Source of the DNA: Octopus sinensis
Lineage: Eukaryota
Assembly: GCF_006345805.1 (NCBI RefSeq)
Contig: NC_043022.1
Coordinates: 3,906,001-3,970,000 of the forward strand
DNA length: 64,000 nucleotides
Direction of reading: 5' to 3'
Below are positions 49,600-62,250 of this stretch, piece after piece. A model generated the notes under the pieces. The model made no database searches. It saw nothing but the letters and a program-made list of their open reading frames with translations, and was not told where the DNA came from. The position numbers and the translations under genes are program-made. Within the stretch, counting starts at the first letter, position 1. The number at the start of each line of letters is the position of its first letter.

Positions 49600-50300
49600 T
49601 TTATTTAAAGACTGTTTTCGATGCTGGCATGGGTTGGATGGTTTGCTCAGGAGTGGCAATGCTGGGACTTGTACAAGGTTCCATTGTCCGTTTTGGCAGA
49701 GTTTCTACAGCCCTTCCTCATGCCAGCCACTTCACAGAGGGAACTGACTGGGTTTTAATGACACCATAGCCTGATCCTTTCTTTAAATTTCATGAGAGTT
49801 TAAGTAAACCATAAAACTTTTTCTAAAGGTTTGCCCATGCCACATCTATCCTATGCTACAGAGAAGGTTTTAGAATTTTCCACCGTCAAGACTTTGTTTA
49901 TTCCTTTATTCCTTTATTCCACTATTCGTTTAATCTGTTATTCCTTTATTATTTTATTCTTTTATTCCATTATTCCTGTATTCTTTTACTTGTTTCTGTC
50001 ATTAGACTACGGCTATGTTGGGGCTCAACATTGAAGGGTTTTTAGACAAACAGATTGACCAATGTGACAAGGTAACTTCTCACTAGCCCCAAAGAGGAGT
50101 TCCAGGAATGCTTCCATCAATGGAAATGACACTAGATAAAACATGTGGCTCCATCTGTCTATCTCTTTCTTTATGTATATATACATACATACACTACATA
50201 CACACATGCATACATACATACAAATATACATACATACATATATATGTGAATATGTACATCCATAGATGTATATGTACATGTATACATGTATACACATGTG

Positions 50301-50335
<35 letters not shown>

Positions 50336-50538
50336 GATATATATATATATATATAACACATATATGTATATATATATATATACACACATGCATATATGTG
50401 TATATATATATATATGTGCTTGCAGGTGTGGTATTGTAGCAGACGTATTTATGTCTGTGGATGTTATGTATTCTGGTGTAGTTGCATGTATATATGCATG
50501 TATTTGTGTTAGCGGGTGTGTGAAAGTGTGTGTGTGTG

Positions 50539-50573
<35 letters not shown>

Positions 50574-50799
50574 CTAAAGCCTAAAGGAAACGGACTTCTA
50601 TTTGAAGCCTGTGAAACTTTAAGTGCCATGGAACCAAATTAAATTGTCTTAAATAATAAATAATTCACTTAACTCACTCGTGTGTATATGTGTGTATACA
50701 TACATACATACATAATACACACATACACACATGCATACATACATATATATATGTCTGTGTGTATATATATACATATACAAATTAAATTGTTTTAGATAA

Positions 50800-50880
50800 T
50801 AAATAATATATAATAAATAATAATAATAATAAATAATAATAATAATAATAATAAATAATAAAAATATATAATATATAATA

Positions 50881-50914
<34 letters not shown>

Positions 50915-51793
50915 TAATAATAAATATAATTAATAATAAATAATAATAATAATAATAAATAATAATAAATAATATATAATAAATAATAAATAATAATAAT
51001 AATAATAATAATAAATAATAATAAATAATAATAATAATATAATAATAATAATATATAAATAATAATAAATAATATATAATAAATAATAAATAATAATAAT
51101 AATAATAATAAATAATAATAAATAATATATAATAATAATAAATAATATAATAATAATAAATAATAATAAATAATATATAATAAATAATAATAATAATAAT
51201 AATAAATAATAATAAATAATAATAATATAATAATAAATAATAATAATAATATATAATAAATAATAATATAATAATAATAAATAATAATAAATAATAATAA
51301 ATAATATAAATAAATAATAATAATAATAATAATATAATAATAAATAATAATAATATAATAATATAATAATAATAAATAATATAATAAATAATAATAAATA
51401 ATAATAAATAATATAATAATAATAAATAATAATAATAATAATAATAAATAATAATAAATAATATATAATAATAATAAAATAATAATAATAATAAATAATA
51501 AATAATAATATAATAAATATAATAATAATAATAATAAATAATAATAATATAATAAATAATAATAATAATAAATAATAATATATAATAAATAATAATAATA
51601 ATAATAATAAATAATAAATAATAATAAATAATATATAATAATAATAATAATAATATAATAATAATAAATAATAATAATAATAATAAAATAATAATAATAA
51701 TAAATAATAATATAATATAATAATAATAATACTAATAATAATAATATATAATAAATAATAATAATAATAATATAATAATAATAAATAATAATA

Positions 51794-51831
<38 letters not shown>

Positions 51832-51871
51832 TAATAAATAATATAATAATAATAATAATATAATAATAATA

Positions 51872-51907
<36 letters not shown>

Positions 51908-51965
51908 TAATAATAATAATAATATAATAATAATAAATAATAATATAATAAATAATAAATAATAT
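50800..51965. repeat. About 1.2 kb degenerate (AAT)n/AAAT/AT array, essentially G/C-free
   Basis: Direct inspection; intronic in the ZMYND12-like gene. Confidence 0.97.
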
Positions 51966-52216
51966 ATATATACATATACAAATTAATTGTTTTAAATAAT
52001 AAATAATTCACATAACTCACTCGTATGTATATGTGTGCATACATACATACATACATAATACACACATACACACATACATATATATGTGTGTGTATATATA
52101 TATATATATATAATATATATATATATTATATATATATATACATATACAAATGTATGTGTGTATGTGTCAGTGTGTATATGTGAGTACATCTGTATGTTTG
52201 GGCATGTACATGTACA

Positions 52217-52259
<43 letters not shown>

Positions 52260-52355
52260 ACCTGATATATGAAAAGCTAAGCCATGGGTTACAAGTTCCC
52301 TAAGCAATAGGGTTGATTGTTAATAATGTGAATGAATAAACTTCTTGGTATTTAC

Positions 52356-52464
52356 TTAATGCTTCATATTCTTCTTCTTTTATTGGCAACGCTATGTCCG
52401 GAGTGCTGGTCTTCATCTTCTGGTTGACCAAACTTTGCAAATGGTTACACCAAATATCAATGAC
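52356..52464 (-). CDS. ZMYND12: ZMYND12-like exon, phase 0 to 1: VIDIWCNHLQSLVNQKMKTSTPDIALPIKEEEYEAL(N)
   Basis: TTTACAG acceptor, GTAAAT donor, 109 nt open, phases compatible with both neighbours; resembles ZMYND12 KVSEIWHAYL. Confidence 0.82.
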
Positions 52465-52589
52465 CTGTAAACAAAGCATACAAAGGTATAAATGTGTGTG
52501 TGTATGTATGTGAGTGTGTGTGTGTTTGTGTATGTCTTCCTGGACAAGTTTTGCAGCACACCAACAGATGGCAGCACATGGTTGCGTGT

Positions 52590-53050
52590 GCAGTGAGAGC
52601 TAGCAGTGACCTTCATGGGGCAGTGTGCCGAGTGACATTGCTGTGTTTACTTCGTAGGTTGTGAAATTTGTGTTTTTGTGATCATGTGTCTGCTGTAGTC
52701 TGCGATTTTTGTCATGGACAGGAAGTTGGAACAAAGAGCCAACATGAAATTTGGTGTTAAACTTGGGAAGTCTACAACGAAAATATTAAGCATTCTTTGG
52801 CAATCTTACAGTGATGAGGCAATGGATTGGCACAATGTCTTGAGTGGTACAGGTGCTTCAAAAGCAGAAGAATGTCCAAGGAAAATAATGAGCAACCTGG
52901 AAGATCTGCCACGAGCGTTACCCCTGGAGATGTGGTAATGTTCATAAAGAATCCATCCCCCCAGGGTTAGACCGTCAATCGAGAGATTTACTGCAATGTA
53001 ATAAACGGAACTGTTTAATAAGATGTACCATATTGTCAGTGATATCATGT
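52590..53050 (+). mobile_element. Internally deleted mariner transposase relic
   Basis: MDRKLEQRANMKF.VKLGKS.T...L.Q.YSDEAM; later IPQG.TVNRE.Y motif; frameshifts. Confidence 0.8.
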
Positions 53051-53086
53051 AATAAGAGGTACTAAAGGAGTTAGTGGTACCCTATG

Positions 53087-53131
<45 letters not shown>

Positions 53132-53764
53132 GCCCTGATGCAGTACCAGGCAGTGGCTCTCATGGCTTCTGATCTTAACTGATTGGAAGTGTTATCATGT
53201 ACATTGTTTTGTCTTGGTATAAAAGATGGGCTACAGCAAATATTCTGCTCAATACCACAGATTTGCTTGTCAGTTGTTTGACCTTAACCAGTTGAGCATG
53301 TCCCTTAGTGGCTGACGATATGTGCATCTCTGATCACGAGCAGAAGTAGTGGGGGAGCATCATAGCCATGTGTTGAGAGGGATTCTTTGGGGTTTGAATA
53401 GTTCACCTCTGGAAACATGGGTGGTTCTTTCAACATCCTTAAACAACCCTTATTCAGGGACCGTTTGAGCAGGATGGGCTACTCAACCTGAAGAAAATTC
53501 TAACTGGGCCCCACCTGCAAGGTCATGTGCTGTTTATCTTGATATGAGATCACCATGTCGCGCACATATGGTTGTGATGCATGTGCCTGGTGTACCTTTA
53601 TCAGACGGGTAGTCATGATGGGTATATTGGGCTTCGTATATTTTACCCCAGTGTCACTTTGATGGCATGAACTGCTCTCTCACTCAATAATAATAATAAT
53701 AATAACAATAACAATAACAATAATAATAATAACAATAACAATAATAATAATAATAATAATAATA

Positions 53765-53817
<53 letters not shown>

Positions 53818-53834
53818 CAATAACAATGACAATA

Positions 53835-53870
<36 letters not shown>

Positions 53871-53874
53871 TAAC

Positions 53875-53906
<32 letters not shown>

Positions 53907-53940
53907 GTAATAATAATAATAATAAATGGTACCATGAAGT

Positions 53941-54290
53941 GCATTGGCTCAGTGGTTTGGGCATTGGGCTTACAATCTTGAAGTAGTGAGTTCCATTCCC
54001 GGACCAGGCTGTGCATTGTGTTCTTGAGCAAGACACTTTATTTCACATTGCTTCATTTCACTCAGTTGTAGAAATGAGTGGCAAAGTTTCTGGTGCCAAG
54101 CTGTATCGGTCCCTTTGCCTTTCTCTTTGATAATATCAGTGACGTGAAGAAGGGAGGCTGGTATGCATGGGCGACTGCTAGTCTTCCATAAACAACCTTG
54201 TTTGGACTTGTGCCTTGGAGGGGAACTTTCTGGGTGCAATCCCATGGTCATTCAGGACCGAAGGAGGTCTTTACATACATACATACATAT
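53941..54290 (+). mobile_element. tRNA-derived SINE (third family), founder of the adjacent satellite; related copies at 47520-47765 and 59440-59735
   Basis: A-box TGGCTCAGTGG, B-box GTTCCATTCC, TGTGTTCTTGAGCAAGACACTT core, 3' GGTCA-TTCA-(G/T)GACC stem-loop then (TACA)n. Confidence 0.85.
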
Positions 54291-54299
54291 ATATATATA

Positions 54300-57200
54300 T
54301 ATCCCTTGGATAACATTGGAGGCATGGAGAGGAGAGGCTGGTATGCATGGGCGACTGCTGGTCTTCCATCAACAACCTTGTTTGGACTTGTGCCTGGGAG
54401 GGGAACTTTCTGGGTGCAATCCCATGGTCATTCAGGACCGAAGGAGGTCTTTACATCCATACATATATATATATATATCCCTTGGATAACATTGGAGGCA
54501 TGGAGAGGAGAGGCTGGTATGCATGGGCGACTGCTGGTCTTCCATGAACAACCTTGTTTGGACTTGTGCCTGGGAGGGGAACTTTCTGGGTGCAATCCCA
54601 TGGTCATTCAGGACCGAAGGAGGTCTTTATATACATACATACATATATATATATATCCCTTGGATACATTGGAGGCATGGAGAGGAGAGGCTGGTATGCA
54701 TGGGCGACTGCTGGTCTTCCATCAACAACCTTGTTTGGACTTGTGCCTGGGAGGGGAACTTTCTGGTGCAATCCCATGGTTATTCATGACCGAAGGAGGT
54801 CTTTACATACATACATACACACATATATATATATATATATCCCTTGGATAACATTGGAGGCATGGAGAGGAGAGGTTGGTATGCATGGGCGACTGCTGGT
54901 CTTCCATCAACACCTTGTTTGGACTTGTGCCTGGGAGGGGAACTTTCTGGGTGCAATACCATGGTCATTCAGGACGAAGGAGGTCTTTACATGCATACAT
55001 ACATATATATATATCCCTTGGATAACATTGGAGGCATGGAGAGGAGAGGTTGGTATGCATGGGCGACTGCTGGTCTTCCATCAACAACCTTGTTTGGACT
55101 TGTGCCTGGGAGGGGAACTTTCTGGGTGCAATCCCATGGTCATTCAGGACCGAAGGAGGTCTTTACATACATACATACATATATATATATATATCCCTTG
55201 GATAACATTGGAGGCATGGAGAGGAGAGGCTGGTATGCATGGGCGACTGCTGGTCTTCCATCAACAACCTTGTTTGGACTTGTGCCTGGGAGGGGAACTT
55301 TCTGGGTGCAATCCCATGGTCATTCAGGACCGAAGGAGGTCTTTACATCCATATATATATATATATATCCCTTGATAACATTGGAGGCATGGAGAGGAGA
55401 GGTTGGTATGCATGGGCGACTGCTGGTCTTCCATCAACAACCTTGTTTGGACTTGTGCCTGGGGGGGAACTTTCTGGGTGCAATCCCATGGTCATTCAGG
55501 ACCGAAGGAGGTCTTTACATCCATACATACATATATATATATCCCTTGGATAACATTGGAGGCATGGAGAGGAGAGGTTGGTATGCATGGGCGACTGCTG
55601 GTCTTCCATCAACAACCTTGTTTGGACTTGTGCCTGGGAGGGGAACTTTCTGGGTGCAATCCCATGGTCATTCAGGACCGAAGGAGGTCTTACATCCATA
55701 CATACATATATATATATATCCCTTGGATAACATTGGAGGCATGGAGAGGAGAGGTTGGTATGCATGGGCGACTGCTGGTCTTCCATCAACAACCTTGTTG
55801 GACTTGTGCCTGGGAGGGGAACTTTCTGGGTGCAATCCCATGGTCATTCAGGACCGAAGGAGGTCTTTACATCCATACATACATATATTATATATCCCTT
55901 GGATAACATTGGAGGCATGGAGAGGAGAGGTTGTATGCATGGGCGACTGCTGGTCTTCCATCAACAACCTTGTTTGGACTTGTGCCTGGGAGGGGAACTT
56001 TCTGGGTGCAATCCCATGGTCATTCAGGACCGAAGGAGGTCTTTACATCCATACATACATATATATATATATCCCTTGGATAACATTGGAGGCATGGAGA
56101 GGAGAGGTTGGTATGCATGGGCGACTGCTGGTCTTCCATCAACAACAATGTTTGGACTTGTGCCTTGGAGGGGAACTTTCTGGGTGCAATCCCATGGTCA
56201 TTCAGGTCCGAAGGAGGTCTTTACATACATACATACATACATATATATATATATATCCCTTGGATAACATTGGAGGCATGGAGAGGAGAGGTTGGTATGC
56301 ATGGGCGACTGCTGGTCTTCCATCAACAACCTTGTTTGGACTTGTGCCTTGGAGGGGAACTTTCTGGTGCAATCCCATGGTCATTCAGGACCGAAGGAGG
56401 TCTTTACATACATACATACATACATATATATATATATATCCCTTGGATAACATTGGAGGCATGGAGAGGAGAGTTTGGTATGCATGGGCGACTGCTGGTC
56501 TTCCATCAACAACCTTGTTTGGACTTGTGCCTGGGAGGGGAACTTTCTGGGTGCAATCCCATGGTCATTCAGGTCCGAAGGAGGTCTTTACATACATACA
56601 TACATACATATATATATATATATCCCTGGATAACATTGGAGGCATGGAGAGGAGAGTTTGGTATGCATGGGCGACTGCTGGTCTTCCATCAACAACCTTG
56701 TTTGGACTTGTGCCTTGGAGGGGAACTTTCTGGGTGCAATCCCATGGTCATTCAGGTCCGAAGGAGGTCTTTACATACATACATACATATATAATATATC
56801 CCTTGGATAACATTGGAGGCATGGAGAGGAGAGGTTGGTATGCATGGGCGACTGCTGGTCTTCCATGAACAACCTTGTTTGGACTTGTGCCTGGGAGGGG
56901 AACTTTCTGGGTGCAATACCATGGTCATTCATGACCGAAGGAGGTCTTACATCCATACATACATATATATATATATCCCTTGGATAACATTGGAGGCATG
57001 GAGAGGAGAGGTTGGTATGCATGGGCGACTGCTGGTCTTCCATCAACAACCTTGTTTGGACTTGTGCCTGGGACGGGAACTTTCTGGGTGCAATACCATG
57101 GTCATTCATGACCGAAGGAGGTCTTTACATACATACATACATATATATATATATCCCTTGGATAACATTGGAGGCATGGAGAGGAGAGGTTGGTATGCAT

Positions 57201-57513
57201 GGGCGACTGCTGGTCTTCCATCAACAACCTTGTTTGGACTTGTGCCTTGGAGGGGAACTTTCTGGGTGCAATCCCATGGTCATTCAGGACCGAAGGAGGT
57301 CTTTACATACATACATACATACATATATAATATCCCTTGGATAACATTGGAGGCATGGAGAGGAGAGTTTGGTATGCATGGGCGACTGCTGGTCTTCCAT
57401 CAACAACCTTGTTTGGACTTGTGCCTGGGAGGGGAACTTTCTGGGTGCAATACCACGGTCATTCATGACCGAAGGAGGTCTTTACATACATACATACATA
57501 TATATATATATAT
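54300..57513 (+). repeat. Satellite of 18 near-identical about 178-bp units, each being the SINE 3' tail plus (TACA)n(TA)n; a diverged extra unit at 57805-57945
   Basis: CCCTTGGATAACATTGGAGG recurs 18 times from about 54303 to 57334. Confidence 0.97.
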
Positions 57514-57762
57514 GTAGATCCTGAAACACGTGTCCCTAGATGCAGTTTCAGCAGCCGGGGGTGTTTGTCTCCCCTTCGTATATGTATATAAGGACACAGG
57601 AAAAATGTGTCAAAGCCATCAGGAGGCTTTCGATGCTTCCTAGGGCTATGCAGCAGTGGTGTACCCCCTACTGTCACGTTCTTGTTAGATTGACAGTATA
57701 CAACCATTCTATCGCCCCACCACCGTACATGTCTCTACGAGAGATTTAGAAATTCAATATTT

Positions 57763-57810
<48 letters not shown>

Positions 57811-58002
57811 GGATAACATTGGTGGAACGGAGAGGACAGGTTGGTATGCATGGGTGACTGCTGGTCTTCCATGAACAACCTTCCCCGCACTTGCTCTTTG
57901 GAGGGGAGCTTCCGCGATGCAATCCCATGGTCATTCATGACTGAAATCAATGGTACTATTGCAGACTTTTTGGCTGTGTTCTTAGATCATATAAACCTTT
58001 AC

Positions 58003-58125
58003 CTTTTTGTATAAAGAATTTGTCACTTCTTCTCGTCCCAAGAAGAAATAGACGTTGGCCATGTTGAAATATCCTCCAGAAGTCTGAATATCGAGAGTTC
58101 CATATTTCTCTGATGCCAAATATAT
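58003..58125 (-). CDS. ZMYND12: ZMYND12-like exon, phase 0 to 0: IYLASEKYGTLDIQTSGGYFNMANVYFFLGREEVTNSLYKK
   Basis: Polypyrimidine tract plus CAG acceptor, AAG/GTAAAG donor, 123 nt open; TSGGYFxMAN motif matches the recalled ZMYND12 segment IYFASCAFGTEDIRTSGGYFHLANIF. Confidence 0.88.
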
Positions 58126-58426
58126 CTGGAAAAATCAAAAACAACCAGAAATTCATCCCTTTTTTTGTCATAAATGTCTTTAAATCAATAAATTCATTTA
58201 TTGTTTTCTAAGAATGGTAGGGAAGGTAGCAAGAACACAGTGTTGCTACTTTACAGTCTCTAGTTCCGAAAGATAACAGTTCTTGGTTCAATTCCAAGTG
58301 GGTCATGAATTCCGTTCTTTTATCTTTTATCACTTCAAAAATACAAAGAAAAAAATCAAAATAAAATACGTCTATCAATCACCTTATCCACCTTGTGGTA
58401 TAAGTAAGTATTTCATTTATTTCTTA

Positions 58427-58498
58427 CCGTATTTATCGCTGACGAGGAGAAAATTCTTATGAATTAACTCTGATATTGGTACCGATACGATAATAACA
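58427..58498 (+). ncRNA. Type I hammerhead, probably inactivated copy (GAAA is GATA)
   Basis: TTATCG-CTGACGA(58439-58445)-GGAG AA AATTC TTAT GAATT AA CTCT-GATA-TTGGTACCGAT-A^CGATAA. Confidence 0.75.
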
Positions 58499-58920
58499 GA
58501 ATTATTAAATACAAATTTAAATGTATAAAAGACAATAATAATCAAAATAAATCTGCTTTCAAATTTTGGCACAAAGCCAGCAAATTTAGGGGGTAGGGAT
58601 AAGTCAATTACATCGACCCCCACCCCCACCCATGCTCAACCAGTCAATGATGATGATGATGATGATGGTGATTTCTTTCCAGGCATGGCTGTGCTAAGAA
58701 GCTTACTTCCCAACCCCAGGGTCATGGGTTCAGTCCCACTGTATAACTTCTGCCATAGCCTCAGGCCAACCAAAGCCTTGTGAGTGGATTTGGTAGATGG
58801 AAACTGAAAAGAAGCCTGTCGTATGTATGTATGTATGTATATCTAATATAGGATAAAATTTTTCGAAAAAAATTTCTATCAATGGCCAGCATACTAAAAA
58901 ATACCTTCAAAGGTTAAATT

Positions 58921-59304
58921 TATAAACAACTTATAAACAAGGGCAAAATAAAAAAAATCTAATGCCAAATATGCCGAAAATAGACAAAATGTCAATAACC
59001 ATATAATTTATCACTATAAGCACACGTCTCGAAGTAAGCCGGCAGAAATTTCTAAAAAATACCCATGGGTGTAAGTAAGTATTTCATTTATTTCTTACTG
59101 TATTTATCGCTGATGAGGAGAAAATTCTTATGAATTAACTCTGAAATTGGTACTGATACGATAATAACGGAATTTTTTTAGAAATTTCTGTCCGCTTACT
59201 TCAAGACGCATGCTTGTAGTGATAAATTATATGGTTATGACGATTTGTCTATTTACGGCATATTTGGCATTAGAATTTTTTTCTTTTGCCCTTGTATATA
59301 AGTT

Positions 59305-59310
<6 letters not shown>
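58921..59310. repeat. About 140-bp inverted repeat arms (58921-59060, 59171-59310) enclosing the hammerhead
   Basis: Reverse-complement alignment by eye, roughly 85-90% identical; (TA)n follows. Confidence 0.9.
59098..59170 (+). ncRNA. Type I hammerhead ribozyme with intact core
   Basis: Helix I TTATCG/CGATAA extended by CTGT/ACGG; CTGATGA 59110-59116; stem II GGAG/CTCT plus AATTC/GAATT; GAAA 59143-59146; near-palindromic helix III ATTGGTACTGAT; AUA site after 59158. Confidence 0.88.
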
Positions 59311-59357
<47 letters not shown>

Positions 59358-59937
59358 TATATATATGTTTATTCTATATCCTTTCAAATTTCTCCCAGGC
59401 TTTACCTATTCAAATGCGTCTTATATAATATAGCGAAGGTGCATGGCTTAGTGGTTAGGGTGTTGCATTCACAATTCTGAGATCTTGGGTTCCATTCCCA
59501 GACCAGGCGTTGTGTTGCATTGTGTTCTTGAGTAAGAGCTCTTCCTTTCACGTTACTCTGCGATCATTTCGACATCTGGCATGTACCACCCTGTTGCACC
59601 TGTACAGGTAATGTCGATCTGATGGAGGGAGTGAGCTTATCTCTACACAAAACATTTGATCACTATAAAACAAATCATCTGTGTGGTTGTTTGGTAAGAA
59701 ATTGTCGAGCCCTTATACGTCATCTAACAACGGGAGAGTCCTTTGTATATACAGAGAGAAATTTTGTTTGATATTGAATTTCATGCTATTATTTCAAAAT
59801 ACAGTATATATAATCGCTCGTATTAATGTCTAAATACTTTACAGTATTAATACTTTTAACATTTTATACAAAGAGCACTAATTATAAATTCAGTGTATAA
59901 TATTCTAACAGAATATATTTGATTAATGATATATACG

Positions 59938-59980
<43 letters not shown>

Positions 59981-60158
59981 AGAGAGAGAGAGAGAAACAG
60001 AGAGAGAAAGAAACAGAGAGACGAACAGATGGACAGACAGACGGACGGATAGACAGACGGACAGATGGACAGACAGACAGACAGGTATAAATGTGTGTGT
60101 GTTGTGAGTTTTGAACCCCAGTTGTGTTCTTTCTTACAAGTATTATAAAAGAAGCATA

Positions 60159-61005
60159 GGCAGCGAGCTGGCAGAACCATTAGTGCGCCGGGCGAAATGC
60201 GTAGCCGTATTTCGTCTGCCGGTTCAAATTCTGAGTTCAAATTCCGCCGAGGTTGACTTTGCCTTTCATCCTTTCGAGGTCGATTAAATAAGTACCAGTT
60301 ACGCACTGGGGTCGACGTAATCGACTTAATCCGTGTGTCTGAACTTGTTTGTCCCCTCTATGTTTAGCCCCTTGTGGGTAGTAAAGAAATAGGTATTTCG
60401 TCCGTCTTTACGTTCTGAGTTCAAATTCCGCCGAGGTCGCCTTGGCCTTTCATCTTTCGGGGTCGATTAAATAAGTACCAGTTACGCACTGGGGTCGATA
60501 TAATCGACTTAATCCGTTTGTCTGTCTTTGTTTGTCCTCTCTGTGTTTAGCCCCTTGTGGGTAGTAAAGAAATAGGTATTTCGTCCGTCTTTACGTTCTG
60601 AGTTCAAATTCCGCCGAGGTTGCCTTGGCCTTTCATCCTTCGGGGTCGATTAAATAAGTACCAGTTACGCACTGGGGTCGATATAATCGACTTAATCCGT
60701 TTGTCTGTCTTTGTTTGTCCTCTCTGTGTTTAGCCCCTTGTGGGTAGTAAAGAAATAGGTATTTCGTCCGCCGCTACGTTCTGAGTTCAAATTCCGCCGA
60801 GGTCGACTTTACCTTTCATCCTTTCGGGGTCGATTAAATAAGTACCAGTTACGCACTGGGGTCGACGTAATCAACTTAATCCGTGTGTCTGAACTTGTTT
60901 GTCCCCTCTATGTTTAGCCCCTTGTGGGTAGTAAAGAAATAGGTATTTTGTCCGTCTTTACATTCTGAGTTCAAATTCCGCCGAGGTCGACAAAATAAGT
61001 ACCAA
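60159..61005 (+). mobile_element. Meta-like SINE with one head and a body repeated in tandem (period 183-184 bp, 4 units plus partial)
   Basis: GAAATAGGTATT junctions at 60386, 60569, 60752, 60936. Confidence 0.93.
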
Positions 61006-61414
61006 TTGAACCCTGTGGCGGGGGTGGGGTGGGGGTTCAATGAATTTATTTAAACCGCGCCCTTCAAAAAATTCGAGGTTTCGTGCCTTTAGTAGAAAAG
61101 ATTATGAAAGAGGTTAGATTCGGTACAAGGGAGATAATTCTCGTAAAGTGTGGTCAGATGCTGGAATGGGATAATTTAATGACGTAAATAGATTGGTTAC
61201 CATGGAGATTTTAAAACTTCATTTGCCTAATTTGCCTAATTTGAAGCTGTTCTTTTATTTCTTACCTTTTATTTGCACTAGTCGTTGAACTGTGGCCATA
61301 CTGGGGCACTTCCTTGAAGGGATAAATCGAACAAATCCACCCACAGGGTTTATTCTTTTCAAAGACTGGTGCTTGTTCTGTCGGACTCATTTGCCATTGC
61401 TGCTGCTGCTGCTA

Positions 61415-62020
61415 AAACCACCACCACCACCACCACCATCATGACCACCACCACTATTACTACCACCACCACCACCACCACCACTACTACCACCACCACC
61501 ACCACTACTACCACTAACACCACCACCACCACCACTACTACCACTACCACCACGACCACCACCACTACTACCACCACCACCACCACCATCATCACCACCA
61601 CCACTACTACCACCACTACCACCACCACCACCACCATCATCACCACCACCACTACTACCACCACCACCACCACCACCACTAGTACCACCACCACCACCAC
61701 CATCATCACCACCACCACTACTACCACCACCACCACTACCACCACTACTACCACCACCACCACCACCATCATCACCACCACCACTACTACCACCACCACC
61801 ACCACCACCACTACTACCCCACACCACTACCACCACTACTACCACCACCACCACCACCATCATCACCACCACCACTACTACCACCACCACCACCACCACC
61901 ACTACTACCACCACCACCATCATCATCACCACCACCACTACTACCACTACCACCACCACCACCACCACTACTACCACCACCACCACCACCACCACTACTA
62001 CTACTACTACCACCATCACT
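61415..62020. repeat. About 600-bp (ACC)n/(ACT)n/(ATC)n mixed trinucleotide array
   Basis: Direct inspection; source of the poly-T/V/H ORFs. Confidence 0.97.
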
Positions 62021-62250
62021 AAGTTATGGGGACGTAAACACACAAACACCGGTTATCAAGCAGTTGTTGGGCACTAACACATACACATACACACGATGAG
62101 CTTCTTCTAGTTTCCATCGACCAAATGCACTCTCAAGGATCAGCCTGAGGCTATAGTAGAAGACACTTGCCCATGGTTCCACATAATGGGATTGAACCTG
62201 GAACCATGTGATTGGGTTCTACTACTACTACTGCTACTACTATGACTCAC

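Noticed and set aside
50782-52071. 429-aa Y/I/L-rich membrane-like ORF
   Set aside because: Translation of the (ATT)n array
54300-57513. CRISPR-like array, 674-aa ORF, or hammerhead satellite (minus-strand CTGAATGA...GAAA)
   Set aside because: Units are contiguous with no unique spacers; the ORFs are repeat read-through; CTGAATGA is separated from the stem by 3 nt and there is no helix I or III
61359-62049. Mucin-like poly-Thr, poly-His and Gly/Ser ORFs
   Set aside because: Translations of the (ACC)n array; no splice or homology support
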